A DNA stretch of 64,000 bases, from positions 32,001 to 96,000 of the forward strand of contig CAVUVW010000002.1 of the NCBI GenBank assembly GCA_963745035.1, given 5' to 3'. The notes beneath the pieces are model-generated. The model saw only the letters and a list, made by a program, of their open reading frames with translations, had not been told where the DNA came from and did no database searches. The first letter of the stretch is position 1; each line of letters begins with the position of its first letter. Shown here in pieces: positions 31,743 to 42,068 of this stretch. Position numbers and translations under genes: made by a program. The DNA is from an uncultured delta proteobacterium (GTDB lineage: Bacteria; Desulfobacterota; Binatia; UBA9968).

Positions 31743-31915
31743 CTACTTGATAACCTTGTCTGCTCTCGCCAGGACATTCAGCGGAATCGTCAGACCGATC
31801 CGCTTTGCGGCTTTCAGGTTGATAATGAGCTCGAACTTCGTCGGCTGCTCCACCGGAAGATCACTGGGCTTGGCGCCTTTCAGAATTTTGTCTATATAGT
31901 TGGCTGCACGCTGAC
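31743..31915 (-). pseudogene. C-terminal fragment of a second PF04392-type gene
   Basis: [33 protein letters not shown]...ARADKVIK with no 5' part. Confidence 0.85.
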
Positions 31916-31942
31916 TGGCAGGCGCGGCCATGGGAGAGATAT

Positions 31943-32847
31943 ATGGAAAATCACGTCAACTATGCTGGCATGAAAGTGTCATCGACCGTTTGCCGATATG
32001 AGCATTGGTCAACGGATTGGTATCCAAAGTGGGCCACTCGCTTCGGACTGCCGACCCATCCGACCGGATCAGCGATCCATCGCAAGCACTGGAATTTTGC
32101 TCAATCGGCCAAGCTTTCGAGGAACGCGGGCTGCTGCGACCTGGCAAGCGCGGCGTGTGCTTTGCCGCCGGCCTAGAGTTTCTCCCGAGTGCTTTTGCCA
32201 ATCTAGGCGCCGATATCTTGGCGACGGACCTAGCCAGCGAGGGCGAATGGGCGGGGCAACACTCTAAATCCCATCTGGATCTGTTCCATCCCGGCATGGT
32301 CTCCCGCGAGATGTTCGATAAACACGTCACGTTCCAGCACGCCGACATGACGAATATCCAAGGCATCGAACACGGTGCCTACGATTTTGTCTGGAGTTCG
32401 TGTGCCTTCGAGCATTTGGGGTCGCTTGATGCCGGTCTCGATTTTGTCGTCAACGCCATGGGTCTGCTGAAGCCCGGTGGCACGGCCATCCACACCACGG
32501 AGTTCAATCTATCATCGAACGACGAAACGCTGACATCCGGTAGCAACGTCATTTATCGGCGCCGGGACATCGAAGCTCTGGATCATCGGTTACGGAAAAT
32601 TCGCTGCGGGCTTGAGCGTGTCGATTATGACGGCGGCACGCACCCATTTGATCTCGATTATGATAGCCCGCCTTTTTCACAAGACGGCAGGCCTCATGTA
32701 AAATTGGAACTCAACGGTTTCATTTCGACGTCAATCATCGTGATCATCCACAAGGGGCTAATCCCTACTCCGGCTTTGGCGACTGGCAGTATTCGACCGG
32801 ATCGGACTTGCGAACTGGGCACCGCTCACGGCGGCGACTCACAATAG
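31943..32847 (+). CDS. Class I SAM-dependent methyltransferase (frameshift near 32090)
   Basis: [29 protein letters not shown] and LKPGG motifs. Confidence 0.8.
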
Positions 32848-33204
32848 GGCGAGCAGACATCGAATTGAGAATGCACCGCTGACCGAATATCAGACGTTCC
32901 GCGCGGCGATGCCTTCGACCGTATTCATTAAATGGCAAGACCAAATTTAGCCTGAGATTGAACTGAACGACGCTTCAATTCGATCTAATCAACGAGAGTG
33001 GACCACTCGATTGGGAATCAAGTGGCCCGGATCCGGCGGAAGCGACTCAGACGCCGCTGCGTCTCGATCTCCGAAAATGCTCCTGGCTTTCTCTTCGTCA
33101 CAGAAGTCATGACCTAAGTGAACGAATACGTCCTTATCGGATTCTATTAAGCAGCATCGCGATAGCGAAAAGATTGGCGCGGTTCACAAACAGGGAGGTG
33201 GGTG

Positions 33205-33504
33205 TTAGCCCAATACCGCTTCGAAGAGACTTACCCAGCCGCGGCTGATGTAATCGCTTAGGGTCAGCACCAGCATGATTCCCAACCAAAATACGCCGGC
33301 GCTGGCAAACAGGATGGTCAAATAACTGCTGTAGCGCAGGTGCATGAAATAGAGCATCACCAGCACCGCCTTGATGACCGCGATCGTGAGCGCGACGGAG
33401 ATATTGCCGATGCGTCCCAGATCGACAAAGGCAATGCCGGTCGTCAGGGCGGTAAAACCGAGCAGGGCGGCGAACACGCTTAAATAAACTTTGGCGGAGA
33501 TCAT
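33205..33504 (-). CDS. ctaF: Cytochrome c oxidase subunit IV (caa3 type)
   Basis: Three TM helices, KAVLVMLYFMHL; operon position. Confidence 0.8.
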   Translation of the reverse strand: MISAKVYLSVFAALLGFTALTTGIAFVDLGRIGNISVALTIAVIKAVLVMLYFMHLRYSSYLTILFASAGVFWLGIMLVLTLSDYISRGWVSLFEAVLG

Positions 33505-34148
33505 CAGTGCCGACCTACCAGATAAAATAGAGGGAAAAGGAAAATCCAGACGATATCGACGAAATGCCAGTACAAACCGCCCAGCTCCACCGGCGTATAG
33601 TAGAGATGGGAGTAGCGCCCGCGCCAGCTATTCCAGGCCAGAACAAGAAACATGCCGATGCCGATGATCATGTGTACGGCGTGCATGCCGGTCATCGTGA
33701 AGTAAAAAGAGAAAAAAATTGCCGCGTGTCTCGGATCGGCGCCCTCATACGCGAAGTTCCAGCCGGGGACCAGATGGGCTTCGAAGTGGTGATGATATTC
33801 GACGAATTTGATGACGAGAAAGGCTGCTCCGAGCGCGATGGTCACAAACAAATAGACGAGCAAAGCTTTCGGTTTGCTCGCGTGGGCCGCGTGCACCGCC
33901 ATCGCAACGGAAAGACTGCTGCCGATCAGCACCGCGGTGTTAACGGTGCCCAGCACGACATCCATGTGATTGCTCGCGTGGGCGAAAGCGTCCGGATACA
34001 CGCTGCGGTAGACAGTGTACGCCAAGAACATGCCGCCGAAGAACATGATCTCGGTAACCAGGAACGCCCACATGCCCAACGTGGATGCCTCGTGTTGCTG
34101 CTCCACGTCGTCGAAGTGATGAGCGACGGCGCCGTGACTATCGGCCAT
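33504..34148 (-). CDS. ctaE: Cytochrome c oxidase subunit III
   Basis: [20 protein letters not shown] and YWHFVD motifs. Confidence 0.92.
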   Translation of the reverse strand: MADSHGAVAHHFDDVEQQHEASTLGMWAFLVTEIMFFGGMFLAYTVYRSVYPDAFAHASNHMDVVLGTVNTAVLIGSSLSVAMAVHAAHASKPKALLVYLFVTIALGAAFLVIKFVEYHHHFEAHLVPGWNFAYEGADPRHAAIFFSFYFTMTGMHAVHMIIGIGMFLVLAWNSWRGRYSHLYYTPVELGGLYWHFVDIVWIFLFPLFYLVGRH

Positions 34149-35766
34149 AAAGCTCCTGTTTGTGGTAGGCGTAGACTTCCTCGGTCACGACCGGCGTCCG
34201 CGCGAAGTTTTCGGTCGGCGGCGGCGACGGAGTTTTCCACTCGAGGCCGGTGGAGCCCCAGGGATTGGGGCCGGCGGGCTTGCCGTAGCGCATCGACCAA
34301 ATCAGGTACACGATCGGGATGAGATAGCCGACTCCCAAGATCGATGCTCCGGCCGAGGACATGACGTTGTACACCTGGAACTCTTCCGGATAGAAGTGAT
34401 AGCGCCGCGGCATGCCAAGATAGCCGAGCACGAACTGCGGAAAGAACGTCAGGTTGAAGCCGAGGAAAATCGTCAGCGCCGCCAGTTTCGCCCACCCTTC
34501 CGGATAGAGCCTGCCGGAAATCTTCGGCCACCAGTAGTGGAGGCCGCCGAGGTAACCCATCAGCGCTCCTCCCACCATGATGTAGTGGAAATGCGCGACC
34601 ACGAAATAGGTATCGTGCACGTGCACGTCGAGCCCCAACGATGCGAGAAAGATGCCGGTCAGCCCGCCGATCGTGAACAAGCCGATGAAGCCGAGCGCGT
34701 AGAGGAGCGGCGTCGCTAGCAGAACCGAGCCCTTATAAATGGTCGCCGTCCAGTTGAACACTTTGATCGCCGAAGGAATCGCGACGAACATGCTGAGGAA
34801 CGAGAAAATCATGCCGGCGTAGACCGACTGGCCGCTCACGAACATGTGGTGGCCCCAGACGAGAAATCCGAGCACGGCGATGGCGATGCTCGCGAACGCG
34901 ACGAAGCGGTAGCTGAAAATTCGTTTTCGCGAAAAACAGGTGACCAACTCGCTGATTACTCCCATGGACGGCAGAATCATGATGTAGACAGCCGGATGAG
35001 AGTAGAACCAGAAGAGATGCTGAAACAGAATGGGATCGCCGCCGCTGCTGGGATTGAAAATGCCGAATCCGAACAGACGCTCCATGGCGACCAGGACAAG
35101 CGTAATGGCGATCACGGGCGTTCCTAACATGATGATCAAGCTGGTCGCATAGTGGGCCCAGATAAAAAGCGGCAGGCGGAACCAGGTAAGACCCGGCGCG
35201 CGCATGGTGTGGATCGTGACGATAAAGTTGAGAGCGGTCAGGATGGTTGAAAAGCCGACGATGAAAATCCCGATCACCGTGGCGGCCACGTAGGTATTGC
35301 TGTAGACGCTGCTGTAGGGCGTATAGAACGTCCAGCCCGTGTCGACCCCGCCGGCGAGAAGCGCTCCCAAGGTAAACAGCGCGCCGATCACGAAGATGTA
35401 CCAGCTCGCGAGATTGAGCCTGGGAAACGCCAGGTCGCGCGCGCCGATCATCATCGGCACCAGAAAATTTCCCAAGGTCGCGGGAATCGATGGGATCAAG
35501 AAGAAAAACACCATGATGATGCCGTGCAGAGTGAAAAGCTTGTTGTATGTTTCCGATATCACCAGATCGCCCGCCGGCGTCATCAACTCGAGGCGAAACA
35601 AGACCGCCGCCGCGCCGCCGATGACGAACATGAGGGTGATAGAAACGAGATAAAGCAGCGCAATGCGCTTGTGGTCGGTAGTGAAGAGCCAGGACCGCAC
35701 GCCGTAGTCGGCGTTCAGATAATGCCGGCGCGCTTCTCTATAGGTTTCCAACTGTTCGGCTTTCAT
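34138..35766 (-). CDS. ctaD: Cytochrome c oxidase subunit I (type A2)
   Basis: WFYSHPAVY (YS motif), [19 protein letters not shown]. Confidence 0.95.
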   Translation of the reverse strand: MKAEQLETYREARRHYLNADYGVRSWLFTTDHKRIALLYLVSITLMFVIGGAAAVLFRLELMTPAGDLVISETYNKLFTLHGIIMVFFFLIPSIPATLGNFLVPMMIGARDLAFPRLNLASWYIFVIGALFTLGALLAGGVDTGWTFYTPYSSVYSNTYVAATVIGIFIVGFSTILTALNFIVTIHTMRAPGLTWFRLPLFIWAHYATSLIIMLGTPVIAITLVLVAMERLFGFGIFNPSSGGDPILFQHLFWFYSHPAVYIMILPSMGVISELVTCFSRKRIFSYRFVAFASIAIAVLGFLVWGHHMFVSGQSVYAGMIFSFLSMFVAIPSAIKVFNWTATIYKGSVLLATPLLYALGFIGLFTIGGLTGIFLASLGLDVHVHDTYFVVAHFHYIMVGGALMGYLGGLHYWWPKISGRLYPEGWAKLAALTIFLGFNLTFFPQFVLGYLGMPRRYHFYPEEFQVYNVMSSAGASILGVGYLIPIVYLIWSMRYGKPAGPNPWGSTGLEWKTPSPPPTENFARTPVVTEEVYAYHKQELYGR

Positions 35767-35812
35767 AGCTCGATGCCGGCTTGACTCCTCTCGTGAAAAT
35801 CTCTCGGCCTTT

Positions 35813-36853
35813 TTAGCGCCTTTGCTGTTGCGCACCCGCCGCCGTCGCCGGCCCCGAAGACTCGCTCCGTTTGGCGGCAGCGGCGCCCTTTTCTCCCGTT
35901 TGCCCCATGGACTTGATGTAGCCGATCAGATCCATCAACTGCTCTTCGTTGACCCGTCCCTGGTATGGCGGCATCACGGGCTGGAATCCGGCGACAATCT
36001 TGGCCTGCGGATTGACGATCGACTCGCGCAGATAGCTGTCGTTGACGGCAACGCTTTGGCCGTTCTGAAGCTTTTGCGTTTTGCCGAACAAGCCGGCCAG
36101 CATCGGCCCGATGCCTTGGCGATCTTGCAGGTGGCAGGTTTCACAGCCGAGATCCTGAAATAATCTTTGCCCTCTGCCTGCGACCGAGCCTTCCGCCGCT
36201 CCAGGGGCGCTCGGGCCGCCAAGCTCGCCGCTCAACCATGCCTCGTATTGATTGGGCTCGAGCACGACGACCTGCCCCATCATGCCCGCATGCTGGGTGC
36301 CGCAATATTCGGCACAGAACAGATGGAACCTGCCGGTCTTCGTCGCTTCGAACCAGACCATCGTGTAGTACCCCGGCACAACGTCGTGTTTTATCCTAAA
36401 CGCGGGAATAAAGAAGCTGTGAATCACATCCTCGCTCGCCAGGGTAAGCTTCACCGGCCTGCCCAAAGGAACATGCAGCTCGTTGATCTCGCGCTGGCCG
36501 TCGGGATGCTGGAACTTCCACATCCACTGCCGCCCGACGACGAAGATTTCGAGCGCATTGGCAGGCGGCCGCGCCATCGCGAAATACACACTGGCGCCCC
36601 AGAAAAACGCGATCATCACCAGGAACAGCGGGACCACGATCCAGGTGACTTCCAGCCGGACATCGTCGCGCATTTGCGGCGGCGGCGGCTCGTCTTCCGA
36701 GCGCCGGCGATATTTGACGGCGAAGTAAACGACCGAAATAAAGATCAACAGAGAAAAAAAGACGCTGATCCCGACCAGGTAGAAGTAGAGCGCGTCCACG
36801 CGCGGCGCGATGGTGGAAGCCTGATCAGGAAAAAAACGGAACGCCGGATTCAT
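35813..36853 (-). CDS. ctaC: Cytochrome c oxidase subunit II with fused cytochrome c (caa3)
   Basis: [18 protein letters not shown] CuA motif, C-terminal CETCH. Confidence 0.95.
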   Translation of the reverse strand: MNPAFRFFPDQASTIAPRVDALYFYLVGISVFFSLLIFISVVYFAVKYRRRSEDEPPPPQMRDDVRLEVTWIVVPLFLVMIAFFWGASVYFAMARPPANALEIFVVGRQWMWKFQHPDGQREINELHVPLGRPVKLTLASEDVIHSFFIPAFRIKHDVVPGYYTMVWFEATKTGRFHLFCAEYCGTQHAGMMGQVVVLEPNQYEAWLSGELGGPSAPGAAEGSVAGRGQRLFQDLGCETCHLQDRQGIGPMLAGLFGKTQKLQNGQSVAVNDSYLRESIVNPQAKIVAGFQPVMPPYQGRVNEEQLMDLIGYIKSMGQTGEKGAAAAKRSESSGPATAAGAQQQRR

Positions 36854-37704
36854 GGTCGCGGCATCCTCGGCTCGCGGTCGGCCCGGCGACCGCTTTTGTG
36901 CTCTCGGCGCAGAGACACAACCAAAAACCCGCCTAAAGCGAGGAAGGTCGCCGCGCTGGAAAGCCGCAGCACGTTGAGAATGGAGAGGGTGTATCTCCCC
37001 TGCGAAGGATCGTAGGCGTAGCAAAGCAGCAGCAGCTGGTCGAGCGCCGTGCCGATCCGGTTTGCCGACGCTTCGACCAGCGACAAACGCAGCTCGCGGG
37101 GAGGATAGTCGAAGCCATAAAAATAGCGTGCGATCTTGCCGTCGGGCGTGATCACCACGGTCGCCGCCGCATGGATGAAGCGCTCACCGCCTTTCTTGGT
37201 CTCGTTCGCCGTGTAGCGAAAGCCGGCAGCTTGCGCGAGCGCGTCGATCGACTGCGAATCTCCGGTGAGGAGATGCCAGCCGCGCTCTGCACCCGGGCGC
37301 GAGTGCCGCTTGGTGATCACGGCTTTCTTCTCCCTCGCGAGCTCCGGACTTTCGGCGGGGTCGATGCTCACCGCTACCACGCGATAATCGTCTGCGGCGT
37401 TGAAGTCGAGCGGCCGCAGGCTTCGCGCCAGCCCTTCGAGCACCAGCGGGCACACGCGATCGCAATTGTAATAGACAAGCGCCAGCAACACCGGCGCGCC
37501 GTCGAAGTAGCGCTTCAGAGTGACCGTCTCGCCTTGCTCATCTCGGAACGCAAGATCCAGTGGAATTTGCGCATTGATCCGCTGCTCGATGCCGGCTTTG
37601 CCGGCGATCGGATCGACCGCCGTTGACGTGCGTTCCTGCTCGTGCGCAAGAACTGGCGCGACGAATCCCACAATGAGCGAGACCAAAATTGCAATCGCCG
37701 TCAT
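36850..37704 (-). CDS. SCO family copper chaperone
   Basis: YYNCDRVC (CxxxC) and a conserved His (FIHAA). Confidence 0.85.
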   Translation of the reverse strand: MTAIAILVSLIVGFVAPVLAHEQERTSTAVDPIAGKAGIEQRINAQIPLDLAFRDEQGETVTLKRYFDGAPVLLALVYYNCDRVCPLVLEGLARSLRPLDFNAADDYRVVAVSIDPAESPELAREKKAVITKRHSRPGAERGWHLLTGDSQSIDALAQAAGFRYTANETKKGGERFIHAAATVVITPDGKIARYFYGFDYPPRELRLSLVEASANRIGTALDQLLLLCYAYDPSQGRYTLSILNVLRLSSAATFLALGGFLVVSLRREHKSGRRADREPRMPRP

Positions 37705-38144
37705 CGATTTTGTCCGCCTGCGGACGTCGTTCGCTCGCCCGGCCCTTCCTTTTGAGGTAATTGCTTCCGCACCGGCAAACCCTGCTTCGCGATGATTTCC
37801 ATGCCGCGCTCGATCGGCACCCTGACGATGTTCTTCTCGCGATCGACCCAGCCGTAGCTGTTCAACACCTGATCTTCGGCGCGGCGCATCTCCAGTAGAT
37901 CCGTGCGCGGCGCCACCCGCAGGCGCGGTTCGGGCGGCGACTCCTCTTCCCTCTGGGCGGAAGTCGTAGGCGTCTCGCGCCGAGCCTCGCGCTGGTTGTA
38001 ATAGAGCAGCAGCCAATAAAGCGCGATGTGGATCACCACGGCGACGATCGCCAGCGCGCCGCCGAAGCGCAGAATACCTCGGACATCGACGTCCGCGGTT
38101 TCGTGGGAAACCTCGGGATTGTCGCGCTGAATGGACTCAGCCAT
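37701..38144 (-). CDS. ACIII-operon single-TM protein (ActG-like)
   Basis: HETAD..TM..PEPRL..LNSYGWVD..RVPIERGM; operon position. Confidence 0.7.
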   Translation of the reverse strand: MAESIQRDNPEVSHETADVDVRGILRFGGALAIVAVVIHIALYWLLLYYNQREARRETPTTSAQREEESPPEPRLRVAPRTDLLEMRRAEDQVLNSYGWVDREKNIVRVPIERGMEIIAKQGLPVRKQLPQKEGPGERTTSAGGQNR

Positions 38145-39303
38145 GGACCTCCCCTTCGTGTAGTGCGGAAAACTGCGTCGGCAGAGCGGGAAGACGCTGC
38201 AACTCCCGGAGAAAGCCGGCAAACCAGATGCCTCCGAGTCCCACCGGTGCCGCGATGTCCATCCAATGGAGGAAGAACTGCCCTGGGCGAAAAGCCGGGA
38301 CGGTATACCAGAAAATATCGGCCAGCCGCATCACGAGGATGGTTGCGGCGATCATCCCCAGAAACTCCGCTCGCCGTTTGTTGCGGCGTGAGAGCAACAG
38401 AAAAAACGGCACGAAGAAATGAAACACCACGAGAACGCGCGGCAGCCATTCCCAGCCGCCTTCATTTCGATGCGTGTACCAGACCGCCTCTTCGGGCAGG
38501 TTGCCCGACCAGATGATCAACCACTGCGATAGCGTAAAGTAAGCCCACAGCATGACAAAACCGAGAAGCAAGTTGCCGAGATCCAATCGATAGGCCGGGG
38601 GGATTGCTTCCGCATCGCCGGCATCGCGCCACAGGAGCGTCGAAAAGAGAATCGCGAACGCCAGGGCCGCAAGACCATGGCCGCCGAGAAAGTGCACGCC
38701 GAAGATCGTCGAATACCAGTGCGCTTCGAGCGCCATGATCCAATCCATCGAAGAGAAAGTGATGGTTAAAACGTAGACGACGAGCCCCGGCCCGCTGACG
38801 GCGCGCAGACGCGCCGCGGCATCGAAATCGGCTTCTCGCGATTTGCGCGACCAGCGGGTTATAAAGATCGCGGCACCGATCCAGAGCGCGAAATAGACCG
38901 CCGCGCGCAAAATGAAAAACGGCAGATTTAAATAGGCCGCCTTGTGCTGCAACAATACATCCTTGGCCACCGCTTCGGGGCGCGCCCATTCATAGAGATG
39001 GTGCAGGCCGAAAAGCAACGGCACAAACAGCAGCGCCATCAGCGGCAAGGTATTCATGCCGGATTCGAGGAGCCCCCGGATCGCCACCCCCCAACCGCCG
39101 CCCGAGAGGTTGTGCAGCATGACGATGCCGAGACATCCGAGCGCTATACCGAGAAAAAAAACGTAGGCGAAAAGATAGGCTTGGAAGAATTGCTGGCGGC
39201 TGAACAGCGCGCCGAGCACGCACAACCCGAGTCCGACTGCGCCGACGATGAGCGAGACGCTGCGCACGCGCCGCCATTCCGGTGAATGGATTGTCGCTTC
39301 CAT
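38137..39303 (-). CDS. actF: Alternative complex III subunit ActF
   Basis: About 10 TM helices, DWIMALEAHWYSTIFG, QWLIIWSGNLPEE. Confidence 0.88.
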   Translation of the reverse strand: MEATIHSPEWRRVRSVSLIVGAVGLGLCVLGALFSRQQFFQAYLFAYVFFLGIALGCLGIVMLHNLSGGGWGVAIRGLLESGMNTLPLMALLFVPLLFGLHHLYEWARPEAVAKDVLLQHKAAYLNLPFFILRAAVYFALWIGAAIFITRWSRKSREADFDAAARLRAVSGPGLVVYVLTITFSSMDWIMALEAHWYSTIFGVHFLGGHGLAALAFAILFSTLLWRDAGDAEAIPPAYRLDLGNLLLGFVMLWAYFTLSQWLIIWSGNLPEEAVWYTHRNEGGWEWLPRVLVVFHFFVPFFLLLSRRNKRRAEFLGMIAATILVMRLADIFWYTVPAFRPGQFFLHWMDIAAPVGLGGIWFAGFLRELQRLPALPTQFSALHEGEVHG

Positions 39304-39873
39304 CAGCGCGGCTCCGCCATGAGCTTCTCACGATCGTCAGCCGGCAAGATCGCTCAGGCGCACATTCTGGCTTGCCTGCAACGCGCGCAGGTAGCCGACG
39401 ATCGCCCAGCGATCTTCCGCGGAAATTTGCTGCCGGTACGGCGGCATCGCGCCGAAGCCGTTCGCGATGACGGCGAACAGGTAACCGGGAGAAGCCTCTC
39501 TTAGGCGCTCCTGATGCAATGAAGCCGGACGGGAGAAGCCCCGGCGTACGATCATGCCCTCGCCGTTTCCGGTGCGGCTATGGCAGGGGGAACAGAAAAT
39601 ATCGTAGCGCTCCCTGCCGCGTTGCAAAACATCGACGGTGATTGGAACAGGAAATGTCGCTGCCGGTTCGCCCTTGGTCATGCCGTCGTAAAGATGCTCG
39701 TCTTCCCTCAGTGTGCCCCGCGCGATCGTATTCTCGACGAATGGCCGCGCGGATTGCCCGTCCGCAAAAAAATTACTGGGCTCGAGCGGATCGTAGCGCG
39801 GCTGCTCGGCCATCTGTTGGCGGCAAGCGCTGGCCGTGAGGATTGCGGCACAAATCAGCAGTGTTCCCCCCAT
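39303..39873 (-). CDS. actE: Alternative complex III monoheme lipoprotein ActE (C-terminal indel)
   Basis: Lipobox ASAC, CSPCH, GFGAMP. Confidence 0.85.
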
Positions 39874-39963
39874 CCTAACCTTCCCCCGCGAGGGGGAAGG
39901 GAACTTGAATGCATACAAAGCCTGTCATCGCACTGCGGATCCGCCGCGGCTGTGCGACGTCCA

Positions 39964-39996
39964 CAATCCAAAATCCAAAATCCAAAATCCAAAATT
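39964..39996. repeat. (AATCCAA)n heptamer array
   Basis: caatccaaaatccaaaatccaaaatccaaaatt. Confidence 0.85.
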
Positions 39997-40557
39997 TTAA
40001 AGTTCAACTTCGGTCACCATGCGGGGCGACAGCCCATCGAGAAATAGCCTTGTTTCGTCACGGTCGAACTTCGGATCGGCGGACTCGATGCAAAGGAAAA
40101 AGCGATCGTGAGTCGCCAGCGAAAACGTCGGCACGTTGAAGACCGGATGATACGGCATAGGCAAGCCATTGAGCGCGAGCATGCCCAGGACAGCGAACAG
40201 GCCCGCCGTCAGCACGGTGGTTTCGAAAGTGACCGGAATAAACGCCGGCCAGCTGTGCAGCGGCCGGCCGCCGATGTTGATCGGATAGTCGATGACCGAA
40301 ATGTAATACTGCAGAGAATAGCCGAGGATTGCGCCGAGTATCCCACCGATCAGCACGATGGTCGGCACCCAAGTCCGGCCAAGCTCCAAAGCTTCCGTCA
40401 ATTCTTCGACCGGAAAGGGCGTGTACGCGTCCATTTTTCGGTATCCCGCCTGGCGCGCTTGGCGCACCGCGACGACGAGCGCGTCGGGAGTATCGAACTC
40501 GCCGAGGACTCCGTAGATCGGAGCGCGGCCGTCGGAATGTCGGATCTCGGCTTCCAT
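39997..40557 (-). CDS. actD: Alternative complex III subunit ActD (DUF3341)
   Basis: DAYTPFPV, IGGRPLHSWPAFIPVTFE. Confidence 0.9.
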   Translation of the reverse strand: MEAEIRHSDGRAPIYGVLGEFDTPDALVVAVRQARQAGYRKMDAYTPFPVEELTEALELGRTWVPTIVLIGGILGAILGYSLQYYISVIDYPINIGGRPLHSWPAFIPVTFETTVLTAGLFAVLGMLALNGLPMPYHPVFNVPTFSLATHDRFFLCIESADPKFDRDETRLFLDGLSPRMVTEVEL

Positions 40558-40570
40558 AAATTCAAACATC

Positions 40571-40660
40571 GGAGTAGTGGAGTGTTGGAGTACAGGAGTG
40601 TTGGGAATTCTGTATCTCGATTTTCACCACTCCATTACTCCATCGCTCCATCACTCCATT
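40571..40660. repeat. Inverted octamer arrays (ggagtrtt / cactccat)
   Basis: ggagtagtggagtgttggagta ... cactccattactccatcgctccatcactccatt. Confidence 0.75.
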
Positions 40661-40662
40661 GC

Positions 40663-42039
40663 TTATTCTTTCCGTTCCTCGGTCTCCGCCAGCATGCCAC
40701 TCATCTCAAAAATCGAAATCATCGGGAGAAAGCGAATGAAGAGAAACAGCAGCGCGAGAAACAGACCGATGGTGCCGGCAAAGGTCGCCCAGTCCCAAAT
40801 CGTCGGCCAATACATGCCCCACGACGAGGGCAGAAAATCGCGGTGCAGGCTGGTGACGACGATGACGAAGCGCTCGAGCCACATGCCGATATTCACGATG
40901 ATCGCGACGACAAAAAGTGCCAGGGCGTTGGCGCGTACCCTCGAGGACCACAACGCTTGAGGCACGACGATGTTGCAAAGGATCAGCGCCCAGTAAAAAG
41001 GCGCATAAGGACCAGCCAAACGATTCAGAATCATGAACTCTTCGTACTCGTTGGCGCTATACCAGGCGATGAACGCTTCCATCAGGTAGCCGTAAGCGAC
41101 GATCAGGCCGGTGGCGAGCATCACTTTGGCCATGTTTTCCAGATGACGATCGGTGATGAAGTCCTGCAGTCCGTAGGCGGCGCGCAGCGGAATGGCCAAC
41201 GTCAGCACCATCGCGAAACCGGAGTAGATCGCTCCGGCAACGAAATAGGGCGGAAAAATCGTCGTGTGCCATCCGGGCAAGACCGACACGGCGAAATCGA
41301 GGCTGACGATGGTGTGGACCGATACCACCAGCGGAGCCGCCAATCCGGCAAGCAGCAGGTAGGCGATTTCATAGCGCTGCCAATGCACCGCCGAGCCGCG
41401 CCAGCCCATCGCGAGCATGCCGTAAATCATCCGGCCCGGCCGGCTTTGCGAACGGTCGCGCAGGGTTGCGAAATCCGGGATCAAACCGATGAACCAAAAC
41501 AGCAGCGAGATCGTGAAGTACGTCGATACGGCGAACACGTCCCATACCAGCGGGCTACGAAACTGCGGTTGCACGCCCATCGTATTCGGGTAGGGGAACA
41601 GCCAGTAAAAAAGCCAGGGCCGGCCGAGATGGAGAATGGGGTACACGCCGGCACAGGCGACGGCAAAAAGCGTCATCGCCTCGGCAAAGCGATTGATCGA
41701 CGTCCGCCATCTCTGCCGTAGCAGCAACAGAATGGCGGAAATGAGCGTGCCCGCGTGGCCGATGCCGATCCACCAGACAAAGTTCACGATGGCAAAGCCC
41801 CAGGCAACCGGAACATTGACGCCCCAGATGCCGATGCCTTCGATCAACAGGTAGCCGACCGCGGCAAAGAAAATCATCAGCAGAAAAAACGAAATCGCAA
41901 AACCTATTAGCCAACCTCTGCCGGTTCGCTGGATTAAGACGATCGAGCTGATCTTTTCCGTGATCGACGCAAAGGTGTGGCCTGGCGCGACGAACTGCGG
42001 GGGCGACGTTTCCGAAGGTTGGGCTTTCTCGTCCTGCAT
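40663..42039 (-). CDS. actC: Alternative complex III subunit ActC (NrfD/PsrC family)
   Basis: NFVWWIGIGHAGTLISA, HLGRPW, SPLVWD. Confidence 0.93.
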   Translation of the reverse strand: MQDEKAQPSETSPPQFVAPGHTFASITEKISSIVLIQRTGRGWLIGFAISFFLLMIFFAAVGYLLIEGIGIWGVNVPVAWGFAIVNFVWWIGIGHAGTLISAILLLLRQRWRTSINRFAEAMTLFAVACAGVYPILHLGRPWLFYWLFPYPNTMGVQPQFRSPLVWDVFAVSTYFTISLLFWFIGLIPDFATLRDRSQSRPGRMIYGMLAMGWRGSAVHWQRYEIAYLLLAGLAAPLVVSVHTIVSLDFAVSVLPGWHTTIFPPYFVAGAIYSGFAMVLTLAIPLRAAYGLQDFITDRHLENMAKVMLATGLIVAYGYLMEAFIAWYSANEYEEFMILNRLAGPYAPFYWALILCNIVVPQALWSSRVRANALALFVVAIIVNIGMWLERFVIVVTSLHRDFLPSSWGMYWPTIWDWATFAGTIGLFLALLFLFIRFLPMISIFEMSGMLAETEERKE

Positions 42040-42068
42040 GGCGTACGGTCAACTGGCTACAACGATAA

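Larger units (their letters stand above)
30228..32973. mobile_element. Putative non-autonomous module bounded by 22-bp inverted repeats
   Basis: gcgtcgttcaattcaatctcag (30228-30249) vs ctgagattgaactgaacgacgc (32952-32973), 21/22; related internal sites at 30528-30555 and 31661-31740. Confidence 0.55.

Noticed and set aside
26993-32990. Classical integron attC array
   Set aside because: Sites lack convincing RYYYAAC/GTTRRRY boxes and there is no intI; kept only as unclassified recombination-like sites
40108-41721. Long antisense or alternate-frame ORFs (also 2351-3565, 52351-53589, 59246-60769, 60552-61745, 30507-30767)
   Set aside because: Shadow frames of well-supported genes in GC-rich DNA, with no recognisable motifs
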